NCBI GenBank assembly: GCA_002683655.1
Contig: NYTS01000021.1
Location: 32,966 to 96,965 of the forward strand
Origin: Deltaproteobacteria bacterium
GTDB taxonomy: Bacteria; SAR324; NAC60-12
Direction of reading: 5' to 3'
DNA: 64,000 nt
This document shows positions 28,796-37,569 of the stretch, one piece after another (the first letter of the stretch is position 1; the number at the start of each line of letters is the position of its first letter). Position numbers and translations under genes: made by a program. The notes under the pieces were generated by a model that saw nothing but the letters and a program-made list of their open reading frames with translations, had not been told where the DNA came from and did not search any database.

Positions 28796-30079
28796 TTACT
28801 GATCTTGAAGAAATTCCAGCACCATTGCAGCGGTCCATGTGAACCGTCCCCCTCCACAAGCTTCACCAGTCTTGGGGTCGTAGTACTCAGCAAAACCGCT
28901 GGAACTGATCAATTCGAGAGAATCGTCCACAATTTTCGTGCTGGACTCCTCCAAATCGGCGGCCTCCAAGCCATCGTTGATCATGTAGTTAATGATCAGC
29001 CAGACAGGCCCACGCCAGTAGCGTTTGGCATCAAACCTTGAATCTGCTGGATCGTGACTAGGGATGCTGAAGCGGCATTCTTCGGAAATTTGCTCGATAC
29101 GATGAGCAATCGCTTGGGCCCGAGTAAGGCGAATCGGGGCGAAGACCGCTAGGAGACCCCCAATCGAGGTACTCTCAATCAGTTGCCCTGTCGTTCGATC
29201 CTGACAGAGATACTGCCTGTGTGGATCACTCCAAAGATTCTCCAAGGCCTCTAATCCTCGACGAGCCCAAGCATAGTTGCGCTGAGCGACATCATCCATT
29301 TCCAGTTCTTCTGCGAGAGCAGCTAGATCAAAGCAGGAACGAATCAAGATTGCATTAAAGCCGGGATCAACCACCCGGAAAGGCGAAGCATCGTGCAGTT
29401 TGCTGTTGTCCCAGCCGAATGAGCAAAAGTGTTCCACCAGCCAGAGGTAGCGGTCGTACTGTGCCTTGGTGGGGCGATGTGCTGGATTAGCGTGCTCAGT
29501 ATCGCGGCGAACGTAGTCAGTGATACCTTCGGTTGGTACTCGCTCAAAAGCTTCGTCCCAGTCAATGGAGTTATCTCGTCCAGCTTCCCAAGGATGGATA
29601 ATGGAAACGAGTCCTTCCCGCTGTGGGTCTCGATTTTCAAAAAACCAGGCATGCCAGCGATCAACTGCGTCGACCAGGTCTTCGATACGTTCTTCAATTT
29701 CTTCTGGGTCGGCACAGCGTTGGTACAAACGCCTCAGGACAAAACCGGCAACAGGCGGTTGGGTGATGCCACTGGTAGGAACTGAACGGCCAGTAGACCA
29801 AACTTCTGGGCCTGGAAAATACCCATCGTCCGGTTCGTGAAAAACAATATGTGGAACCATGCCGTCTGACCACTGGTGTTCAAACAGTGTTTCGATTTCA
29901 CGCCAGGCGCGATCTTCGTCCAGATACGTCCAGCCGAGGGCTGTCAGGCAACTGTCCCAATTCCATTGGAAAGGATACAAGCCTTTGGTGGGGATCGTGT
30001 AGCGTCCTTCGCGGTCGTTCTCACTGAGGATCTCTGCTGCGAGTTCACGAAGTTCTGTAGGGTTCAAGGCCTCTTCCAT
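28796..30079 (-). CDS. (alpha/alpha)6 glycoside hydrolase, GH63-like (mannosyl-/glucosylglycerate hydrolase-like)
   Basis: LYPFQWNWDSCLTALGW and C-terminal YWRGPVWLIINYM segments resemble MGH1/GgH-type GH63-like enzymes as I remember them. No search was run. Confidence 0.55.
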   Translation of the reverse strand: MEEALNPTELRELAAEILSENDREGRYTIPTKGLYPFQWNWDSCLTALGWTYLDEDRAWREIETLFEHQWSDGMVPHIVFHEPDDGYFPGPEVWSTGRSVPTSGITQPPVAGFVLRRLYQRCADPEEIEERIEDLVDAVDRWHAWFFENRDPQREGLVSIIHPWEAGRDNSIDWDEAFERVPTEGITDYVRRDTEHANPAHRPTKAQYDRYLWLVEHFCSFGWDNSKLHDASPFRVVDPGFNAILIRSCFDLAALAEELEMDDVAQRNYAWARRGLEALENLWSDPHRQYLCQDRTTGQLIESTSIGGLLAVFAPIRLTRAQAIAHRIEQISEECRFSIPSHDPADSRFDAKRYWRGPVWLIINYMINDGLEAADLEESSTKIVDDSLELISSSGFAEYYDPKTGEACGGGRFTWTAAMVLEFLQDQ

Positions 30080-30108
30080 TATTTCCTTTCAAGTGGAGGC
30101 AAGTAGTA

Positions 30109-30120
30109 ATTGACGTCAAT
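30109..30120. promoter_or_regulatory. Perfect 12-bp palindrome ATTGACGTCAAT in a divergent promoter region
   Basis: Read directly. It lies between the GH63-like start (30079) and the kinase start (30221). Confidence 0.3.
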
Positions 30121-30220
30121 GATCATTTTTGTGATGGATTAACATCAATTTAGATTCCAAATTACTGGCAAATACGGCTAAAGTTTCCATCTTTTTCTAA
30201 ACAAATTCATCAAAAAGGCC

Positions 30221-30856
30221 ATGGCACCCTCGATAGACCTCAAAGAATTACAGGAATTGATTCAGCAACGAAGCTCACAGGGACGGATCCTTGTTGCATT
30301 CGCAGGACCTCCCGGATCTGGAAAATCTACCATCACTGGTGAACTAAAATCAGCCCTGAATCAGGAACAGCCTGAGCAGGCGATGATTTTGCCAATGGAT
30401 GGATTTCATTATGATGATCTGTACCTGGTACCGGCAGGTTTAAGACCACGCAAAGGAGCTCCACAGACTTTTGATGTGTGGGGATTTTATCACATTTTAC
30501 GACGTTTGCGCGAGAGGCAGGAAGAGTTCGTGGCAGTGCCGGTTTTTGATCGAGATTTGGAGATTGCCCGAGCTGGAGCTCGATTGATTCCTGCAAAAGT
30601 ACCGGTGATCCTGGTAGAGGGTAATTATCTACTACTTCAGCAGGAACCTTGGTCGCAGTTGAGGTCGCAGTTCGATGTGGCCGTTCTGCTTGAGGTGCCG
30701 GAAGCTGTGTTGGAGAAACGACTGACTAAACGCTGGCAGTATTATGAGTTGCCCTCCGAAGAAATTGCTGCGAAGGTGAACAAGAACGACCTACCGAACG
30801 GGCGTTACGTGATAGCTGAAAGTGGTGGAGAAGACTATCGCCTGAAGAGCGGATGA
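30221..30856 (+). CDS. P-loop nucleoside/sugar kinase family protein (uridine-kinase/FrcK-like)
   Basis: Walker A GPPGSGKST, then LPMDGFHYDD and ILVEGNYLLL segments typical of the PRK/uridine-kinase-like family. Confidence 0.65.
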   Translation: MAPSIDLKELQELIQQRSSQGRILVAFAGPPGSGKSTITGELKSALNQEQPEQAMILPMDGFHYDDLYLVPAGLRPRKGAPQTFDVWGFYHILRRLRERQEEFVAVPVFDRDLEIARAGARLIPAKVPVILVEGNYLLLQQEPWSQLRSQFDVAVLLEVPEAVLEKRLTKRWQYYELPSEEIAAKVNKNDLPNGRYVIAESGGEDYRLKSG

Positions 30857-30931
30857 ACGCTTCCCTCCTGATATTTTCATCCTGAATTCCGTTTTTCGCA
30901 GACCCTCATCTGATTGATCCTCTTGATTTGA

Positions 30932-31870
30932 ATGTTGATCAATTCGTCTGCTTCACCGAGTATCCTGTTGATTCTGGTACACTATTGGACCGAGGCGCGC
31001 CCTGTCTACAAGGGCATTTTGCTGATGATTCTGGCGAGTTTTGCCTTCAGCTGCATGGACACCATCGCCAAGATGATGAGCGCTCACTATGATCCCTTTC
31101 AGGTAGTCTGGGCCCGTTATTGTAGTCAGAGTTTTTGGTCCCTGGTAGTCCTTGCGCCCTTCATAACTCGCTTGCTGAAAACCCGGTATCTCAAGCTACA
31201 GATTCTGAGATCGGGGCTGTTGTTTGGCGCAACGTTAGCCTTTTTCTCAGCGCTACCCTATCTGAAGTTGGCTGAACTGTTTGCCATTTTTGAGGTAGCT
31301 CCGCTGCTGATCACCTGCCTCTCCTTTCTGATTCTCAAGGAAAAAGTCAGCTGGCCGCGTTGGGTGGGAGTCACCATCGGTCTGCTAGGAGCATTGATCA
31401 TCATGCGCCCTGGCACGGAGGTCTTTACTCCCTACGCACTTCTACCGATTGTGGCGGCAAGCTGTTTTGCTGGCTACTCGATTACGACACGTTTTCTAGG
31501 ATCAGAAGAGTCGCCTTGGACAAATTTTCTCTACACTGCCCTGATCGGAACAGTCATCGCTTCAGTATTGGTAATTCCAAAGTGGGAACCGATTGCGCTG
31601 GAGGATCTACCGATTCTATCCAGTTTTGGAATCATTGGGGGAATAGGGCACCTGATGCTGATCTTTGCCCTGCGGTACACCCAAGCTTCAATCTTGGCGC
31701 CCTTCTCCTACTTTGGCTTGTTGTACAGCAGTTTCTGGGGATTTTTTGTCTTTGATGAGCTACCAGATATCCTCACTTACCTTGGCGCCCTTGTGATCGT
31801 CGCTTCGGGCGTTTTTGTCTGGTATCGAGAGAATAGGAAAGCTGTGGTTGCGGTGATGCAGGAAGGCTAG
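30932..31870 (+). CDS. DMT (EamA) family transporter
   Basis: Polytopic protein with duplicated EamA-like halves (KGILLMILASFAFSCMDTIAK...). Confidence 0.8.
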   Translation: MLINSSASPSILLILVHYWTEARPVYKGILLMILASFAFSCMDTIAKMMSAHYDPFQVVWARYCSQSFWSLVVLAPFITRLLKTRYLKLQILRSGLLFGATLAFFSALPYLKLAELFAIFEVAPLLITCLSFLILKEKVSWPRWVGVTIGLLGALIIMRPGTEVFTPYALLPIVAASCFAGYSITTRFLGSEESPWTNFLYTALIGTVIASVLVIPKWEPIALEDLPILSSFGIIGGIGHLMLIFALRYTQASILAPFSYFGLLYSSFWGFFVFDELPDILTYLGALVIVASGVFVWYRENRKAVVAVMQEG

Positions 31871-32868
31871 GTTCTCGAGAGAAAATCATCGGCTAGCGCT
31901 ATGGTTCCAGCTGTGTAAGTTTCAATCACATCCTGTGCTGTTGGAGTCTCAGCGTGACTACCAATCCAGGCGGTAAGTAACAACCTGCGAAGCAGCACAA
32001 AAGTGGGAAACATCTTCGCATCCTCCTCACTAAGTGGAGCGACGCTGCGGTAGCCTCGAATCCAAGAATCTTCCAATTCAGCAACGATGGGTTCATGTTC
32101 GAAGAAACTAACGGCAGCCGCGAAATCATAGCCAAACCAACCAAAACCGCAGTCATCAAAATCAATGATCCCCAAACGTTCTCCTTCCACGAGAAGATTG
32201 GCGAGTCGCAGGTCGGCGTGGATCAGTCCAAATCGGTCTGCACCCTCTCCAAATTCATTAAGTTGGCGTTTCAATTCTAGGCAGGTTCTTTCCAACAACT
32301 GTTCCCCATCCTTTGTCAATTTGCGCGCATCTCGCCAGTCTCCCCAGTGAGGCTTCGGACCCACTGTAGTGTCAAAATTCCAAATCTTGCGGACAAAGGA
32401 AGATGGTTGCTTCCAAGTTCGAACATGTTGGTGTAGTCGGGCGCTGATGGCCCCTAGTTGCTCAAAGCCACTGTTCAGGTTTTCCGTTGGAGAAGGCTCA
32501 ACTCCGGTCATAAATGCGAAAGCCGCTACGAGACGTTGCTCTCCCTGCATTTCGAAGCTGGTCAGATGTCTGCCACCTTTGACTACAAGGGGCTCTGGGG
32601 TTTCGACAATCCTCTCTTCACGCAAGGCTACGATCCAATCCAGCTCCGACTCAATCTCTTGTTGGGTATTGTAGCCCGGTCGATAAACTCGGAGCACGAT
32701 CTGGCGTCCAGTGTCCAACTCTCCTGCACGAAATGTCGCATTCTCAGAGATGGCCAGCAATTTGACGTTGGTTTGGGGGTCAAGCCCCCATTCGTCAAGT
32801 AACCCAATTACACCTTGCCGTAGTGTTTCGATCAATTGATCGTTATACATTCCTGCCGCAACGAACAC
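31867..32868 (-). CDS. APH-family small-molecule phosphotransferase (kinase)
   Basis: HADLRLANLL catalytic loop and IIDFDD metal-binding motif of aminoglycoside/homoserine-kinase-II-type kinases. Confidence 0.75.
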   Translation of the reverse strand: MFVAAGMYNDQLIETLRQGVIGLLDEWGLDPQTNVKLLAISENATFRAGELDTGRQIVLRVYRPGYNTQQEIESELDWIVALREERIVETPEPLVVKGGRHLTSFEMQGEQRLVAAFAFMTGVEPSPTENLNSGFEQLGAISARLHQHVRTWKQPSSFVRKIWNFDTTVGPKPHWGDWRDARKLTKDGEQLLERTCLELKRQLNEFGEGADRFGLIHADLRLANLLVEGERLGIIDFDDCGFGWFGYDFAAAVSFFEHEPIVAELEDSWIRGYRSVAPLSEEDAKMFPTFVLLRRLLLTAWIGSHAETPTAQDVIETYTAGTIALADDFLSRT

Positions 32869-32907
32869 TTTGCATGTGGAAGTAGGTCAGAGCGAAACCA
32901 TTCTGGG

Positions 32908-34086
32908 TCAATGGAGAGTTTCAATGAAATGCTCTATCTCTTCAAGAATTGCTGTTTTGTCGTGAAGCTGTTCGATCCATCGGCTTGGGAAAACACTTGT
33001 ACCCCCCGCAGCTCCAAGGAGTGCTCCAAGGAGTGCTCCACGATGGCAGTTGTCACCCCCGGCTTCTGTATTAGCGATCAAGGCCTGCTCTGCATCAGTT
33101 TCATACTTGGCTAGTAAATAAAGTACGGAAGGCACAGAGTGCTCGATGTAGCACGCAGGACTGAAAATTGGCCCAATGACATCCTGGTCCTGCCAGTTTT
33201 TTCGATCCGCTTCTTCGATCAATTTGGATAGGTGAAGTCCCAGTGGTTGGGTGGCTTCCAGCGTCTGGTCTCGAAGACCAGCAGAGTACTCTTGCTGAAG
33301 TAATTTTTGCAGCAGGTCCATGACTGGTTCTGCGTAGTGCTCCAGCTTTGGAGATCGATGAGTCAGTCGAAGTTGAGTGCGAATTGTCAACCAATCTCCC
33401 ATCGATTTGACAAGAACCGGAGGAAGCAGAACGAGGCCTCCAACCGATGCTGTGTTGTGATCCTCTGCTCCAGCACAGTTCTCAGCCGGCTTACCCTTGG
33501 CCCAGTTGGCAAAGAAATCTCGATGAAAAGACTCAGCATAGGTGTCCTGATGAGTGTCTGCAGCGGTCATGAAATCAATGTAGGCCGGCAAAAATCTATC
33601 CGCTGAGTAATCAGGAATAGAACTACGCAATAAGACCCGCAGACACTGGAGGTTCAGGGTGTTCTCCCCAGCCTGCAGTGCATGGTGGTAGTGAAGCTTG
33701 GGTTTGGCCCAAAATTCCTTACGCCCTTTGAGGATCACATCTCCCACGATGCTGCCGTACTGTTTGCCACGCCCATGGCCTCCTGTGTTGGAGAGGTGCA
33801 GCAGAGAATTTGGATGAAATTCCTTGGGGGCCTCCATGTTACAGATCGGACCGTAGTCCTGCTGAATGGCTTTGGTGTCATAGTACCAGTGAACAGGCAT
33901 GGCGAGGGCATCCCCGATGAACATACCGAGGAGCATTCCCCGAATTTTTTCTGTTTGGTAAGGATTCATGTAAGATTTGAGTGAGTTGATGAGTAGGAAA
34001 GTGGAAATAGCTAATTTGATTTTAATCAATTCCATATTGGAATTCACGAGCGAACTTACCAAGGTTTTTTTCTGATGGGGCTTCAT
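32908..34086 (-). CDS. ADP-ribosylglycohydrolase family protein
   Basis: IRGMLLGMFIGDALAMPVHWYY N-terminal motif and C-terminal GGDNCHRGALLGALLGA. The long start at 34086 has GAGG 7 nt upstream; an alternative ATG at 33969 gives the family-typical N-terminus. Confidence 0.8.
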   Translation of the reverse strand: MKPHQKKTLVSSLVNSNMELIKIKLAISTFLLINSLKSYMNPYQTEKIRGMLLGMFIGDALAMPVHWYYDTKAIQQDYGPICNMEAPKEFHPNSLLHLSNTGGHGRGKQYGSIVGDVILKGRKEFWAKPKLHYHHALQAGENTLNLQCLRVLLRSSIPDYSADRFLPAYIDFMTAADTHQDTYAESFHRDFFANWAKGKPAENCAGAEDHNTASVGGLVLLPPVLVKSMGDWLTIRTQLRLTHRSPKLEHYAEPVMDLLQKLLQQEYSAGLRDQTLEATQPLGLHLSKLIEEADRKNWQDQDVIGPIFSPACYIEHSVPSVLYLLAKYETDAEQALIANTEAGGDNCHRGALLGALLGAAGGTSVFPSRWIEQLHDKTAILEEIEHFIETLH

Positions 34087-34452
34087 GAATTCTGCCTCAA
34101 ACTAAGAAGAGTCATCCCCCCAAATCTTCAACTGCACTGAAATTACAGATTTTCAAACTTCACGAACATCCTACCCTACTGCACCTTCAAGAAATTGCGC
34201 CAGGGCATTTGGTCGCGTCTTGGAGGCAGATCAGTAATTTCCTAATCATCACAGCCAGTGGCTCTTGTCATACTAAGAAATCGGTTGACAAAACCAAAAG
34301 AATCAATAGGTTCCCCGCAGACCAATTCGCTTATTCGAATCATATCTCAGGATGAGTGGTTACAGAGAGCGTGATTCCCAATGGACTGTTGAATCATGGC
34401 TAATGTCGGGCTTTCACATGCCCATATCTTTCGATTCATCTCGAACAGAGGA

Positions 34453-35519
34453 ATGAAAATGACTAAAGAGAATGTTTTTCAGGAATTTGGACGAAAAAGT
34501 TTTCGGACTTTAAAAAATTGTGTGTTAGGGACGACACTGGCCTGTCTGACCGCTTCCCCCGTTTTGGCCTCTGACACTCGTGTGGCATTGGTACCTGGTG
34601 GGCCACATCCATACTTTGCAGCTTGGGAAAAAGCTGGGCAGGACGCTAAGCGTGACTTTGGTCTCTCGGGTGCAGACTATCGTGTTCCACAGAAATGGGA
34701 GCTCAGCCAACAGAATCAGTTGCTGGAAAGCCTGCTCACCCAGGGCTACAACGGCTAATCTTCCCTGGAGATCCAGTGGGTACGAACTCAATTGCTAGCG
34801 AATTAACCGCGGAAGGAACACCCGTCATTGCCTTGGCTGGTTGTCTGAAGCAACCTACCCCTGCCGTGTTCTGCTTGGGAACAGACACGGGTAATTCAGC
34901 CTACCTAGGCACCAAGGAGTTGATTAAGACCCTGGGTGGAAAAGGCAAGATCGCTCACTTTACGGGGTTTTTGGTAGATCCCAACACTCAACTGCGAATC
35001 GATGCAGTGCAGCAGGCTGCTAATGAAACCGGTGGAGCGGTGGAAGTCATTCAAGTGATTGCGGATATTGACGCTCCAGAGCCAGCCGAAGAGAAAATTA
35101 ATGCTTTCCTCGCGGCACAAGCTGACAAGGTTGATGGGATCGTAACGACTGCCTGGGTTCCGGCGGTTGTGGCTGCTAATTCATTGCGGAAGATTGGAGA
35201 CAAGCGCATCAAGATGGTGGGCATTGACCATGATGAGGTTGTACTCAAGGCAATCAAAGACGGTTTTGTACATGGCACCATGTTGCAGAACCCATACGGT
35301 CAGGGCTACATCGGTTCCTTTGCAATGGACAAGCTACGAAGCGGTTGTACAGTCAACCAGGATGCTCCCTTCAAGTCCACGGTATTGACCAATCAGTTCA
35401 TTGACAGTGGAACGGCTTTCGTGGGTCGTGACAAGGTCGATACCTACATCGGCGCGATGGAAGCGGTCACTGAGGACTTGATGGCTTCCTTTGAATCGAC
35501 CTACCTAGTCTGTAACTGA
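34453..35519 (+). pseudogene. Sugar ABC substrate-binding protein (ribose/PBP1-type), frameshifted
   Basis: Signal peptide plus N-lobe (VALVPGGPHPYFAAWEKAG...LLTQGYNG) ends at TAA 34756-34758. The rest (IFPGDPVGTNS... to the end) continues in another frame (ORF 34695-35519). The junction is about 34750-34760. Confidence 0.75.
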
Positions 35520-35571
35520 GTTTTCCTTGGAGGGGATAAGCCTCCTTGGAACTCTCCGAAGAGAATCCTGA

Positions 35572-37083
35572 ATGGCATCAGCGCAAGAATCTTCCCTCTC
35601 AACGAAAATCAGTGACCAATCGTCGATGAGAAAATTTTTCTTTTCCAATGAGTTTGGCCTGTTGTTCCTGATTGTTGTATTTGCCACGGTCTTTGCGCTG
35701 TTGACCGCTGGCTTTACCTCACGCTTCAACTTGTATGCACTGGGTCGGAACATCTCCATTGACGTAGTGATTGGCTTTTCGATGATGGTGGTGATTGTCA
35801 CAGGAGGGCTGAATCTCTCAGTAGGCTCGATCGGTGTGTCGGCGGTGATGTTTGGTGGCTGGCTAATTGAAGGGATGGGTAGTACTCTCCCCGTTGCTTT
35901 GATTCTACTGCTTTTGGGTGGTGCACTGCTTGGAGCCATCAACGGAGTGATGGTCGTACGGACAGGGGTGCATAGCTTCATCATCACCTTAGCCACGATG
36001 AGTGTTTTCTTTGGTTTGATGATCTGGCTGACGCAGGCAGAAGCCTTCCGGAATCTTCCACCAGAAGTTGCCACCTTTGGCCGTACTAAAATTTATGGCT
36101 ATCTCTCTCCGCTGCTGTTGATCAGCTCCGGGGTCGCGATTATGTTGGCTGTTCTCTACCGCTACACCAGCTTGGGACGCAACATGCTGGCAGCCGGTGC
36201 TAACCCGACTGCTGCTGAACTCTCCGGAGTCAACGTCAAACGCACCTTCATCTTGTGCCATGCTCTCTCTGGGCTACTGGCTGCGTTGGCGGCTACGATG
36301 TTGACCTGTCGTACGGGAGCTGCGATTCCTTCAATGACAGGACATATTGGTCAGGACTGGCTACTACCTGCGTTTCTGGCACCAGTTCTCGGAGGCACCT
36401 TGTTAAGTGGGGGAAAGGTCTCTGTGTTGGGTACCTTCTTCGGAGCCGTACTAGTCAGCTTGCTCACAAACGGTTTGTTGTTGCTGCAAGTCAGTGAGTT
36501 CTGGGTGCAAGCCGTATTGGGAGCTTTATTGCTCAGCGCTGTTCTTCTGGAAAAACTGCGAAATGTGGTCCTGCTTCAAAACCGCTTCATTTGGGGCATT
36601 CTGATACCACTCCAAAAACTTCTGAAGGTTGAGTGGTCGGGACTGTTGTTGGTTGTGATCCTGGCTATCATGCTGATTGGTTACCTCAAGCCAAGTTTTC
36701 TGACTCCCTTTAACATTCAAATTTTGCTCGCTGCGATCTCGGTCAACATGGTAATTGCCTTGGCGCAAATGCTGATTGTAGGGATCGGCCAGATGAACCT
36801 CTCGGTGGGAGCAATCGGTGGACTCGTAGCCATCTCTTTTGCTGGATTGATGGATATCTTCCAGTTGCCTATTCCACTTGCAGTGCTTGTAGGTTTACTA
36901 ATTGGCTTGGCAGCAGGCTTGTTTAATGGAGTGATCATCGCCTTCACTGGTATCTCTGCATTTATCATCACCTTGGCGAGCCTCTCTGTCTTTAAGGGAA
37001 TCAACCTCGGTATTACGGAAGCACAACCATTTTACGGAGTAGCAGAGTCAGTAAAATCTTTTGGAAATAGTAGCTTTATTTGA
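35572..37083 (+). CDS. RbsC/AraH-like sugar ABC permease module read through, without stop or start, into the N-terminal half of a second permease module
   Basis: Module 1 ends around ...LLEKLRNVVLLQNRF (compare the module 2 end ...INRLRDLRLTFFSKPA). Module 2 begins around PLQKLLKVEWSGLLLVVIL in the same frame. The ORF stops at TGA 37081-37083, inside module 2. Confidence 0.7.
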   Translation: MASAQESSLSTKISDQSSMRKFFFSNEFGLLFLIVVFATVFALLTAGFTSRFNLYALGRNISIDVVIGFSMMVVIVTGGLNLSVGSIGVSAVMFGGWLIEGMGSTLPVALILLLLGGALLGAINGVMVVRTGVHSFIITLATMSVFFGLMIWLTQAEAFRNLPPEVATFGRTKIYGYLSPLLLISSGVAIMLAVLYRYTSLGRNMLAAGANPTAAELSGVNVKRTFILCHALSGLLAALAATMLTCRTGAAIPSMTGHIGQDWLLPAFLAPVLGGTLLSGGKVSVLGTFFGAVLVSLLTNGLLLLQVSEFWVQAVLGALLLSAVLLEKLRNVVLLQNRFIWGILIPLQKLLKVEWSGLLLVVILAIMLIGYLKPSFLTPFNIQILLAAISVNMVIALAQMLIVGIGQMNLSVGAIGGLVAISFAGLMDIFQLPIPLAVLVGLLIGLAAGLFNGVIIAFTGISAFIITLASLSVFKGINLGITEAQPFYGVAESVKSFGNSSFI

Positions 37084-37095
37084 ACTTTACCCCTG

Positions 37096-37569
37096 TTGAT
37101 GTTGCCTGCTTTGCTAGCTCTAATTGGTGTTTGGTTTCTGTTAAACTGGATGCGGTTTGGGCGCCATGTTTTGGCGGTTGGCGCAAGCCCAACAGCAGCC
37201 GGTTTGGTGGGAATTTCTGTACGAAACATCGTAATTGGCACCCATGCCTTGTCAGGCCTGCTGGCTGCCGTTGCTGGAATGATGGTCGTAGCTCGGTTAC
37301 AGATTGGACAACCAACGATTGGCGATGACTGGTTGATCCTCTCCTTTGCCGCACCGGTGATTGGAGGCGCTGTTCTAGCTGGTGGGCATGTCAACGTGAT
37401 TGGCACTTTACTGGGGGTAACCACCATTGCCATCATCACCCAGGCGTTAGTCCTTTTTGAAATTGACCCCTTCATCGTACAGATCTTCCTGGGCCTCTTG
37501 ATCCTTTGGGCGGTTGGTATCAATCGACTGCGTGATCTGCGCCTCACTTTCTTTTCAAAGCCAGCCTGA
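37096..37569 (+). pseudogene. C-terminal half of the second RbsC-like permease module, separated from its N-terminal half by an in-frame TGA
   Basis: It is in the same frame as 35572-37083. FGNSSFI-TGA-TLPLLMLPALLALIGVWFLLNWMRFGRHVLAVGASPTAAGLVGISV is colinear with module 1 FGRTKIYGYLSPLLLISSG...YTSLGRNMLAAGANPTAAELSGVNV. Confidence 0.75.

Noticed and set aside
37081-37083. Selenocysteine insertion at the permease TGA
   Set aside because: The aligned position is an ordinary loop residue of a membrane permease. I see no convincing hairpin directly downstream, and nothing suggests a redox role.
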